This document shows positions 1 through 9,613 of a DNA stretch of 26,264 bases, piece after piece. This DNA is from an uncultured Dehalococcoidia bacterium (lineage in GTDB: Bacteria; Chloroflexota; Dehalococcoidia; Lucifugimonadales; UBA3495), in NCBI GenBank assembly GCA_950072105.1, contig CATMOE010000050.1, forward strand, positions 1 through 26,264. The letters are read 5' to 3'. Under the pieces are notes generated by a model. That model was not told where the DNA came from and made no database searches. It was given only the letters and a program-made list of their open reading frames with translations. Every line of letters begins with the position of its first letter. Position 1 is the first letter of the stretch. The position numbers and the translations under genes were made by a program.

Positions 1-2
1 TG

Positions 3-89
3 TTAATGGGAATGATGATACTAATCACCTCAATCATCATGGCCCACAATTGTTACGGATGCTGGAACCACTACATCCAATGGAGTTGA
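3..89 (+). CDS. Possible 3' end of a membrane protein gene truncated by the window edge
   Basis: Frame +3 reads LMGMMILITSIIMAHNCYGCWNHYIQWS* with a hydrophobic stretch and many C-ending codons. Frame +2 (2..214) is also open, so the frame is uncertain. Confidence 0.35.
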   Translation, partial: LMGMMILITSIIMAHNCYGCWNHYIQWS

Positions 90-295
90 ACCTGGTCGCG
101 GCAGGCAGTCAGTGGTTGGGCTACCTCTTAACCAGCGACACGGTGAACACATGGCTCGCTCCTTTCAGGTCTGTTGAGGTCGCTCCGGTCGAACCGGCAT
201 CGCCCTGGCCTTAGCCAGCATGATCCTCGTTCTGCGTAGGCAGTCCAAACACTTTTGGGATGTCCTGTCTTGAACAAACTTTTATTCGACCCATG

Positions 296-332
296 CGATA
301 GGGCCGGCGCAATGCCGGACCTATCGAGTTTT
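296..332 (+). terminator. Putative intrinsic terminator hairpin
   Basis: CGATAGG-G-CCGGC / GCCGG-A-CCTATCG stem followed by AGTTTT, just upstream of the promoter at 361. Confidence 0.45.
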
Positions 333-360
333 CGAGCTACCGCCACTTCCGCAGCCCGGT

Positions 361-389
361 TTGACACCACAAATAGCCCCGGCTACAAT
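361..389 (+). promoter_or_regulatory. Sigma70-type promoter for the NrtS-like gene
   Basis: TTGACA (361-366), 17 bp spacer, TACAAT (384-389). Confidence 0.75.
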
Positions 390-515
390 TCTTATCAAGA
401 TCGCCGCGATTCAAATCTTCCGGGACCCGAGTTGCCGCCCCCTTGGTGACTCACCCTTGACCCTACCATCAAGAAACCAACCACAGCGGCAATTCATTTG
501 GACAGGTCTCTTTAT

Positions 516-884
516 ATGGAGCGTGCCGTAGAGTCCAGCGCCGAGACGCCTCTCAGCAGAGACACTTGCGACAATTGTCTCCGGATATTAAACCCAAGAT
601 GGTCCTTTGGATTCAAGATTAAGTTGAACCCCGCAGCAGCAAGCGGTAAAGACTTTCCAGCCGAACTGACCAAGTGCTTGCGCTGCACGTTGCGCCATAG
701 GCCCATGCTCAAAAAGTCGCTCGCAGCCTGTGTTGTGGTTGGAACGCTGCTGACCGCGCTCAACCAGGGAGATATATTGCTAGCTGGAGAATGGAATAGC
801 AGTCTGTGGTGGAAAATCCCGCTGACTTACACCGTGCCGTTCATGGTCGCCACATACGGGGCTATATCCAACAACCGCAAATAG
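516..884 (+). CDS. nrtS: NrtS-family small membrane protein (nitrate/nitrite transporter-like) with N-terminal Cys-rich extension
   Basis: C-terminal VVGTLLTALNQGD...KIPLTYTVPFMVATYG matches the two-helix NrtS pattern. N-terminal CDNC...CLRC. ATG 516 is preferred; TTG 498 is an in-frame alternative. Confidence 0.7.
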   Translation: MERAVESSAETPLSRDTCDNCLRILNPRWSFGFKIKLNPAAASGKDFPAELTKCLRCTLRHRPMLKKSLAACVVVGTLLTALNQGDILLAGEWNSSLWWKIPLTYTVPFMVATYGAISNNRK

Positions 885-968
885 GCCCGCCGGTCCCGCC
901 ACCCAGCCCAACTACACTCGCACCGTAATCATCAGCGCACTGCGTATCGGGATCCAATAGACAGTCTG

Positions 969-1622
969 CTAACCAAACTTGCGGATGACGGCCACTACTT
1001 TACCGCGAATCTCCACGTTGCCGGCATCACAGTAGATAGGGTTCATTTGACTGTTGGCTGGTTGGAGACGCACTTGATCTCCTTCCTGATAAAATCTCTT
1101 CAGTGTGGCTTCTTCTTCTGATTTGAGCCATGCAACAACCATATCTCCATCGACCGCGTCGTTGGCTGGTTTAATGATTACTACGTCGCCGTCGTCTATC
1201 AAGGCGTCAATCATCGACGTTCCCTGAACAGCCAGGGCATACAACGAGCCGTGGCGCCTGGGAAGGTCGGGAGAAACTTCGATCGTATCGAACTCCGCAC
1301 TGGATGCAGAATCCTCGGTGGAAAAAGCTGGGATCGGTTGACCGGCGGCAATGGCGCCCACGATATGTACCCTGGGTGCATTGGAAACCGGCTGGCCATC
1401 GCTATCGAGCAGCTCTATGCCGCGGGCCACATCCGGCCGCCGGTTAAGGTAGCCGTCCCTTTCCAATATCCTCAGATTATAGTCAACAACCGACGTGGAG
1501 CTTATTCCGCAGGCTTTCTGGATGTCCCGCACGGTCGGCGGGATGCTATTCTCCACGTTAAAGTCATGGATGAACTCCAGAATCTGTTGCCGTCTCGCGG
1601 GCATCCGCTTTTTCGATACCAT
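969..1622 (-). CDS. lexA: SOS repressor LexA
   Basis: HTH PPTVRDIQKACGISSTSVV, cleavage site IAAG, catalytic Ser (GTSM) and Lys (TLKRF). GGAGG RBS. Confidence 0.97.
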   Translation of the reverse strand: MVSKKRMPARRQQILEFIHDFNVENSIPPTVRDIQKACGISSTSVVDYNLRILERDGYLNRRPDVARGIELLDSDGQPVSNAPRVHIVGAIAAGQPIPAFSTEDSASSAEFDTIEVSPDLPRRHGSLYALAVQGTSMIDALIDDGDVVIIKPANDAVDGDMVVAWLKSEEEATLKRFYQEGDQVRLQPANSQMNPIYCDAGNVEIRGKVVAVIRKFG

Positions 1623-1631
1623 ATCCCTCCA

Positions 1632-1645
1632 AGAACAAATAAGCT
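1632..1645. promoter_or_regulatory. Degenerate Gram-positive/Chloroflexi-type LexA box
   Basis: AGAAC-AAAT-AAGCT versus AGAAC-N4-GTTCT. One half-site is perfect; it lies between the lexA -10 and RBS. Confidence 0.5.
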
Positions 1646-1651
1646 ATTTTC

Positions 1652-1680
1652 AAGCTAGCAAAGGTCATAGTGGGTGTCAA
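1652..1680 (-). promoter_or_regulatory. lexA promoter
   Basis: Minus strand TTGACA, 17 bp spacer, TAGCTT. Confidence 0.65.
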
Positions 1681-1848
1681 CGACCGTCTGTCACTCTTGG
1701 TGTGGTAGAGCGGAGGATTGCTTCGGACACAGCCGGTGTCGAAATCAAAACGGTTAGCAAAGTTTGGCTGTTGAACAGGCTGGTACGAGGCAGAAGGGAC
1801 CTAAAGAAACATCATTGAAGGTGGGGAAGGCGCTGGACCCCAGACGCC

Positions 1849-2115
1849 TTAGGCAGAACTGGCAGTTTTTAGATTGTTGAGACGTGCGGACAGGCGGGAC
1901 TTGCCACGGGATGCCGTGTTTTTTGGCACTACGCCTTTTCGAACGGCCTGGTCCAATAGGCTGATAGCGTGGGCAACTGAGGTCTCAGCTTGGGTCACCT
2001 CACTTCCAGCCATGGACCGCAGGGCCGAGGCCACTCCATTCCTGGTGGCGCTACGCACCCCGCGGTTTCGTTGCGAGCGCTTTACCTGCTGACGAGCAGC
2101 CTTTTTGGCGGTCAA
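1849..2115 (-). CDS. rpsT: 30S ribosomal protein S20
   Basis: Basic 88-aa protein with RNR...RSATR and LDQAVRKGVVPKNTASRGKSRL motifs. AGGAGG RBS before a TTG start. Confidence 0.95.
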   Translation of the reverse strand: MTAKKAARQQVKRSQRNRGVRSATRNGVASALRSMAGSEVTQAETSVAHAISLLDQAVRKGVVPKNTASRGKSRLSARLNNLKTASSA

Positions 2116-2198
2116 ATCCTTCCTCCTGGCTTTTCCCCGGCCTTTGGATCCGCGGTACGGTTACCCCAGTAGCCAAAGGCATCTTAAACGGCTGACTC

Positions 2199-2227
2199 AT
2201 TATAAACCACTTGGGATGAATTTCCAA
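2199..2227 (-). promoter_or_regulatory. rpsT promoter
   Basis: Minus strand TTGGAA, 17 bp spacer, TATAAT. Confidence 0.65.
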
Positions 2228-2499
2228 CGACAGGACACGCGGGACCGGAATAATACCCGTCGTTTTACTAAGGAGTCCCCAATCTTTGGTTCCCGCGGAA
2301 GCCGGTTTCCCGATACAGCTTTAATTAACCCTGCTCCATGGCTTCGGCTAGCCGACGGGATGGCGAAGCACAGATAAGTCTGCGGGGTAGATCAATAACC
2401 GATTCTAAGACGGTAGAATTTCGTGTCCAGTGGCACGAATCGGAATCACCAAATACAGGCAATATTTGGGGACGGGAAATTGCGTAGAACTACAGAGGT

Positions 2500-4488
<1,989 letters not shown>

Positions 4489-4512
4489 TTAGAGAAACCC
4501 CACGCCACCCAC

Positions 4513-4528
4513 CTACAACATCTAGTAT
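4513..4528. promoter_or_regulatory. NrdR-box-like site over the gyrB transcription start
   Basis: CTACAACATCTAGTAT matches the core of the NrdR consensus acaCwAtATaTwGtgt. Confidence 0.45.
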
Positions 4529-4530
4529 GT

Positions 4531-4539
4531 ATTATAACA
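4531..4539 (-). promoter_or_regulatory. Extended -10 promoter of gyrB
   Basis: Minus strand TGTTATAAT about 90 bp upstream of the gyrB start. Confidence 0.65.
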
Positions 4540-4701
4540 GATTCACGGGTAGGTGAGCGGTATTTTTGTACCAAAGCCCTCTCGTTATGTCCACCGTCAC
4601 CCACCGGGGGAAAACCGCCCTAAGAAAGGCCGATTAAACGGCCATTTAAGGTTAGACTTGGGTCAAAGTAGCGGCAAAATCCTGGTCTCTCTCAACTTAT
4701 T

Positions 4702-5367
4702 TCAATCGTTGCGGGCGTATATTCCCGGGGACCCGGCTTCATGGATCATTTGAGGGCGAACCACGTTGGACCAGTCGGGTGTAACCGTCGCAACCCACGC
4801 CTTCCACTCGGAACTCTCCGGCACCTCTGCCGATTGCATTTCATGTACGGTAATATATTTCGGCTCGCCCATCACGGCCTCGAACCGGCGCGCGCGGATG
4901 TAGCCGGGAATACTTGAACAAAGGGGCAATCGTTCGGTGTTGTAGGCATGGTTAAACTGAGACTCCAGGGCAGGGGGCACTGACATACGGCCCACCAATA
5001 GCAAAGGCGACATAGCGGCTTGGGCGGTCTCTTCAGACACCGGGTCCGGATATATCAACCGGTACAGGTTGCGGATGTAGGTGTCGCCCACCACACTGGG
5101 AGACATCCGCTTTGACCATTCCGTGGGGTTGATCAGGTAATGCTGCCATGCATCGGATTCCCAGGCCTCCGGCTCGTTCAGTTCATAGCAAGCCAGATGC
5201 TTGGGACCACCTTCCAGAGCCGTGTAACGCGCGGCGCTCAATACCCCTGGTATGGAAAGCCTCTCGGGTATGTGCTCTTCGTCGTACCACCGGTTGAACT
5301 CCTCTTCCACGTCTTCGGGTACGTCCGTAAACACCATCAATAAGCCGCGTCCCTTGGTTGCCGCCAT
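4702..5367 (-). CDS. Tandem EthD/DUF4286-like dimeric alpha-beta barrel protein
   Basis: Two repeats: EEEFNRWYDEEHIPERLSIPG...ARY and ESQFNHAYNTERLPLCSSIPG...RRF. Start moved to ATG 5367 (GGGGTG RBS) to avoid overlap with the NUDIX gene. Confidence 0.8.
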   Translation of the reverse strand: MAATKGRGLLMVFTDVPEDVEEEFNRWYDEEHIPERLSIPGVLSAARYTALEGGPKHLACYELNEPEAWESDAWQHYLINPTEWSKRMSPSVVGDTYIRNLYRLIYPDPVSEETAQAAMSPLLLVGRMSVPPALESQFNHAYNTERLPLCSSIPGYIRARRFEAVMGEPKYITVHEMQSAEVPESSEWKAWVATVTPDWSNVVRPQMIHEAGSPGIYARND

Positions 5368-5423
5368 ATTTTCACCCCAGCATTTTTGCTGTCCCCTGCA
5401 CAGATCAGAACCAGATCGTTTCC

Positions 5424-5849
5424 TCAATTTCCTGGGTAGTAATAACGGCCGGTGCCCAGGCTGTCTAGCGCGTACCACACAGCTTCAAACAGAGGCTGGG
5501 GCAGATCGTCCATTGGGAACCATCCAGACTCGGTGAACGCCTCAGGCTCGGCCAGCACCGGTTCTTGCCCCCCAATATCGCCTAGAAATTCTATATCCAA
5601 GTAGTGCTTGCCGTAGGCGATGATGTTAGTCACGCACAGGAAGCGCAGGTCTCCCACGGTCACCCCCAACTCCTCCATCGCCTCGCGCCGTGCGCACCCT
5701 TCCAAGGTTTCGCCCATCTCCAGATGCCCCCCAGCCGAAGCCCAGGAATCTTCGCCGTGGGAGCCGTGGCGTTTGGCCAAAAAGACCCGGTCACCCCGCA
5801 AAAACACCACGCCCACACCTACCTGGGGCATTGACTGTTCAGCCGCCAT
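5424..5849 (-). CDS. NUDIX hydrolase (MutT/NUDT15-like)
   Basis: Nudix box GGHLEMGETLEGCARREAMEELGV and N-terminal PQVGVGVV. ATG 5849 chosen. Confidence 0.9.
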   Translation of the reverse strand: MAAEQSMPQVGVGVVFLRGDRVFLAKRHGSHGEDSWASAGGHLEMGETLEGCARREAMEELGVTVGDLRFLCVTNIIAYGKHYLDIEFLGDIGGQEPVLAEPEAFTESGWFPMDDLPQPLFEAVWYALDSLGTGRYYYPGN

Positions 5850-5856
5850 CCCGCCG

Positions 5857-5865
5857 AGTATACCA
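5857..5865 (-). promoter_or_regulatory. Extended -10 promoter, probably leaderless, for the NUDIX gene
   Basis: Minus strand TGGTATACT, then 7 nt, then ATG. Confidence 0.55.
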
Positions 5866-6028
5866 CCCCCTGCGAGCCTGGGTAACCAGGCAAGGTCAGT
5901 CCACAATGCCTGCGAGTTCTTTAGACGAGCAAGGCCTCTCTGGGCATCGTCTGGGTGCCTTATAATGGTTGGCTAGTATCGTCCTCCCAAGGGCGTCTTT
6001 ATATAAGACTTAATCGGAGATATCAACT

Positions 6029-6442
6029 ATGCCAGACCTGCAAAAGACCACCCTCAATCCGCCCAATGCCCCCAAACCCTTGGGCGCCTACTCCCATGCG
6101 GTAAAGGTTTCTCCCGGCAGCCTCGTCTACATCGCCGGTCAGGTGGGTGTGAACGCCAACGGTAATCTGGCGGGACCGGACGTAGAGGCCCAAACCCGCC
6201 AGGTGTTTCAGAACCTCGGTCACGTCCTAGCCGGCGCCGGGGCAACCTTCGCCAACGTAGTTGCGTTCACGACCTATCTGGTGGGGAGAAGCTCCATACA
6301 GCCATTCCTCGACGCTCGCACCCAACTGTTCCCCAGCCTATTTCCCGACGGCGACTACCCACCCAACACCCTTCTAATCATCGACGGTTTGGTGCAGGAG
6401 GAGTTGCTAGTAGAGATCAAGGCTGTGGCAGCTCTACCCTAA
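6029..6442 (+). CDS. RidA/YjgF/UK114 family protein
   Basis: PKPLGAYSHAV, YIAGQV, AQTRQVFQNL, LVEIKAVA motifs. GGAG RBS. Confidence 0.92.
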   Translation: MPDLQKTTLNPPNAPKPLGAYSHAVKVSPGSLVYIAGQVGVNANGNLAGPDVEAQTRQVFQNLGHVLAGAGATFANVVAFTTYLVGRSSIQPFLDARTQLFPSLFPDGDYPPNTLLIIDGLVQEELLVEIKAVAALP

Positions 6443-6464
6443 CTTTTCGACATTGGAGGTCCCT

Positions 6465-7547
6465 TTGGCTGTTCGAGAACGGCTGATCAAAACATTGACC
6501 GACCTGATACGCATCGATAGTCCCACAGGCGAGGAAGATGACATTGACCGGGAAGTAAGTGCCCGGTTGGCAGCCTTAGGCTTTGAGATTTACCACGACA
6601 GCTTCAAGAACATCATCGCCAAACTACCCGGAGATGGCGAGCCATTGCTTCTGTCCGCCCATATCGACACCGTAGAGCCAGGCCGGGGCATCCGCCCGGT
6701 GCTGGACGGGGACGTTCTCCGTTCCGACGGGACTACTATTCTGGGGGGCGACTGCAAGGCGGGACTCACCATCGTGTTGGAGGCGTTGACCTCAGTGATA
6801 GACGCCGGCGCCAGCCACCGGCCCATCGAAGTGGCCTTTACCCGCGCTGAAGAAGGGGGCCTGGTGGGCGTACACAATCTCGAGTTTTCTCAGATCACCG
6901 CAAAAACCGGCGTGGTCTTTGACGGGGAAGGCGCGGTCAATAGGATCTCCGTCGCGGCGCCCTCTCAGAACGTGGTGACGGCCAACATCCGGGGCATTGC
7001 CGCCCACTCAGGCGTGGAGCCGGAGAAAGGCCTGTCGGCCATCCTGATCGCCGCCGAGATATTGACCCAACTCCCTCTGGGACGTATCGACGCCGAGACC
7101 ACAGCCAACGTCGGCCGCATCGACGGTGGGCTGAAGAGAAATATCATTCCCGAAGAGACTTTCATGGACGGCGAGATACGCAGCCGGGACAACGCCAAAC
7201 TGGACCATTACTCAGATGAATTCCGGCGAATCTTCAAGGAAGCGGCCATCCGTCACCCGGACGCTCGGATCGACTTGGACATTCGCAACACCTACCAGGC
7301 GTACCAAGTAGACGCCTCCCACCCCACGGTGACCATGTTGGGGCGGGCCCTTGCCCAGATCGGCCTGGAGCCCAGCCTGGAGGCCACCGGTGGCGGGTCC
7401 GACGCAAACGTTTTCTTTGAGAACGGAATCGTGGCCCTTCCAGTGGGCATCGGCGTCCGCTCTTTCCACACCACCAACGAGACCGCGGTCATTTCAGAAA
7501 TCGTACAGGGCGCGGAGATGTGCGAGGGGGTTATACGGGGAGTGTGA
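6465..7547 (+). CDS. M20/M25/M40 metallo-hydrolase (peptidase T-like)
   Basis: LSAHIDTV, LGGDCKAG, AEEGGL, AAHSGVEPEKG, GGGSDAN, HTTNE motifs. TTG 6465 follows GGAGGT; TTG 6453 is the alternative. Confidence 0.92.
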   Translation: MAVRERLIKTLTDLIRIDSPTGEEDDIDREVSARLAALGFEIYHDSFKNIIAKLPGDGEPLLLSAHIDTVEPGRGIRPVLDGDVLRSDGTTILGGDCKAGLTIVLEALTSVIDAGASHRPIEVAFTRAEEGGLVGVHNLEFSQITAKTGVVFDGEGAVNRISVAAPSQNVVTANIRGIAAHSGVEPEKGLSAILIAAEILTQLPLGRIDAETTANVGRIDGGLKRNIIPEETFMDGEIRSRDNAKLDHYSDEFRRIFKEAAIRHPDARIDLDIRNTYQAYQVDASHPTVTMLGRALAQIGLEPSLEATGGGSDANVFFENGIVALPVGIGVRSFHTTNETAVISEIVQGAEMCEGVIRGV

Positions 7548-7709
7548 GGCAGCAACCACTCGAGATTGCGTCCTAACCGAAAAGGAGTCAGACCACGAAA
7601 TTAAGCCCGTGCCTTTCCTTATTCTCGCAAAACCTTTAAGTTGCCCGATAAGAAGGTCCGTACGTGATGGTCTCCAATCTTATGACCCTTCCTAAAGTAG
7701 CATCAGCCG

Positions 7710-7970
7710 ATGGTCAGCAGTAGGTATGATAGACTGATAAGGCGCATTCTGAGCTGAGATTCCGACAGGAATATCCGGTTTGATGAGCTACGTCAATTGC
7801 TGCTCCACTTAGGTTTCGAAGAGCGAACTCGTGGTAGTCACCACATATTTGTCAAATTGGGGGTCGAGGAGCGACTCAATCTTCAACGGGACGACGGTCA
7901 GGCGAAACCATACCAGATGAGGCAAGTCAGGTCAGTCATTCTGAAGTACCAGATACGAGGCAACTGCTGA
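7710..7970 (+). pseudogene. hicA: HicA-family toxin with an internal stop codon
   Basis: Translation MVSSRYDRLIRRILS*DSDRNIRFDELRQLLLHLGFEERTRGSHHIFVKLGVEERLNLQRDDGQAKPYQMRQVRSVILKYQIRGNC* has TGA at 7755-7757 and the GSH motif. Its final TGA overlaps the hicB ATG. Confidence 0.85.
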
Positions 7971-8182
7971 TGTACAAGTACGAGGTCATCATATACTGGA
8001 GCGACGAAGATCAGGTATTCATCGCTGAACTGCCTGAGTTGCCAGGGTGTATGGCCCATGGCGAAAGCCAAGAATCAGCCCTAAAGAACGCCCAAGAAGC
8101 GATTCAGCTTTGGATCGATACGGCCAACGAGTTCGGAGAACCTGTGCCCGTACCCAAGGGCCGACGCCTAATGTTGGCGTAG
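7970..8182 (+). CDS. hicB: HicB-family antitoxin (short form)
   Basis: YEVIIYWSDEDQVFIAELPELPGCMAHGESQESALKNAQEAIQLW...PVP is a typical HicB N-terminal domain. Confidence 0.92.
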   Translation: MYKYEVIIYWSDEDQVFIAELPELPGCMAHGESQESALKNAQEAIQLWIDTANEFGEPVPVPKGRRLMLA

Positions 8183-8247
8183 AAGGGCAATTAAATCATC
8201 CGGACTTCCGCCTCTAAAAACCAACAACACCTGGGAGGCATCGTCTT

Positions 8248-9528
8248 ATGTCAACCACCAGCCGCAAGCGTCAACTAGGAAGGCCGGTATCCATTGTTGG
8301 GGCCGGGATGTCCCGGTTTGGGGCCTTTGCGGACAAAGACAGCCGGGACTTGTTCGTTGAGGCCTTCCTGGACATGCTGGACAACCTAGACCAGGGCATC
8401 GACGTTCAGGACATCGAGTGCGCATATGTGGGCAATTACTCCTCCGATCTCTTTGAGCATCAGGGCCACACCGCGCCCATCATCGCCGATTGGCTGGGAA
8501 TGACCCCTATACCCGTAACCCGCATCGAGAACGCCTGCGCCAGCAGCGGCAGCGCTCTGCGCGAAGGAGTAATGGCGATAGCGTCGGGGCTTTACGACAT
8601 CGTTCTCGTAGGCGGCATGGAGAAAATGACCAGCCTGCCTACTGAGGGAGTAACCGACGTGCTGGCCACCGCCGCCGACGGTCTTTATGAGGTTCCCGCC
8701 GGGCTGACTTTTCCCGGAATATTCGGCGCAATCGCCACCGCCCACATGGACCGGTACGACACCAACCTGGACCACCTGCTCAAAGTGGCCATCAAGAATC
8801 ACGAGAACGGGGCGCTAAATCCCAAGGCCCAATTCAACGTTACGATCCAGAGCCTGATGGAGCGCCGCATGACCAGGGCTCAGGAGCGGGGTCAACCGGT
8901 GCCCGAATACGTAACCGAGATGGACTTCCTGAACGATCCGGGAGCCAACCCATGGATCGCCTGGCCGCTACGGCTCTACGATTGCGCGCCCATCACCGAC
9001 GGCGCCGCTTGCGTTTTGTTGGTGGCCTCCGAACTGGCCCACAACTTTACCGATAAGCCGATAGACATCGCCGGAACGGGTCAGGCCAGTGGCCGGCCGC
9101 TGCACGACGCCGACGAGTTAACCTCTCTGTCCGCTGCCAAAGCCGCAGCCTCCCAAGCTTACGAGATGGCGGGTGTGACTGCCGATGACATCCAGGTGGC
9201 CGAGGTCCACGACTGCTTCACCATCGCGGAGATCATCGCGACCGAGGACCTGGGTTTCTTCGCACCAGGCGAAGGCGGCCGGGCTGTGGACGAGGGCAGG
9301 ACCGCTTTGCACGGCGACAAGCCCATCAATACTTCCGGAGGGCTCAAGGCCAAGGGGCATCCGGTGGGGGCTTCCGGCGTCGGTCAGGTAGCCGAGATAT
9401 TCCACCAACTACGGGGCGAAGCCGGGGAACGCCAGGTAAACAATCCTAATCTTGAATTGGGCCTAACCCACAACGTCGGCGGCACCGGTGGCACCTGCGT
9501 GGTCAATATCCTAAGGCGGGCTGGCTAA
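8248..9528 (+). CDS. SCP2/archaeal-type thiolase (acetyl-CoA acyltransferase)
   Basis: ENACAS nucleophile Cys, EVHDCF, GHPVGASG motifs. GGAGG RBS. Confidence 0.92.
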   Translation: MSTTSRKRQLGRPVSIVGAGMSRFGAFADKDSRDLFVEAFLDMLDNLDQGIDVQDIECAYVGNYSSDLFEHQGHTAPIIADWLGMTPIPVTRIENACASSGSALREGVMAIASGLYDIVLVGGMEKMTSLPTEGVTDVLATAADGLYEVPAGLTFPGIFGAIATAHMDRYDTNLDHLLKVAIKNHENGALNPKAQFNVTIQSLMERRMTRAQERGQPVPEYVTEMDFLNDPGANPWIAWPLRLYDCAPITDGAACVLLVASELAHNFTDKPIDIAGTGQASGRPLHDADELTSLSAAKAAASQAYEMAGVTADDIQVAEVHDCFTIAEIIATEDLGFFAPGEGGRAVDEGRTALHGDKPINTSGGLKAKGHPVGASGVGQVAEIFHQLRGEAGERQVNNPNLELGLTHNVGGTGGTCVVNILRRAG

Positions 9529-9541
9529 CGAAGACGAAGAT

Positions 9542-9599
9542 AGCCATAGAGACACAAAGAAAATAAGGAAATCTCCGTGTGCTCTGTGTCTCTAAGGCA
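9542..9599 (+). repeat. Intergenic palindromic repeat, family A copy 1
   Basis: GCCATAGAGACACA ... TGTGTCTCTAAGGC arms, similar to the element at 22727-22802. Confidence 0.65.
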
Positions 9600-9613
9600 A
9601 CTCAGGAGATGGG

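Noticed and set aside
2..214. Open frame +2 at the window start, and a minus-strand MMIEVISIIIPIN start at 40
   Set aside because: No recognisable motif and too little sequence. Frame +3 looks more codon-biased, but this cannot be resolved without upstream sequence.
1827..1850. AAGGCG..CGCCTT hairpin after rpsT as an intrinsic terminator
   Set aside because: It overlaps the stop codon and has no U-tract, so support is too weak.
7755..7757. Selenocysteine or recoded TGA in hicA
   Set aside because: The position is not a Cys site in HicA, I see no SECIS-like hairpin, and TGA serves as a normal stop elsewhere in the window (M20 peptidase, gltB, ndk).
7548..8247. hicAB as part of a bounded mobile element
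   Set aside because: No flanking direct or inverted repeats, integrase or transposase are visible.
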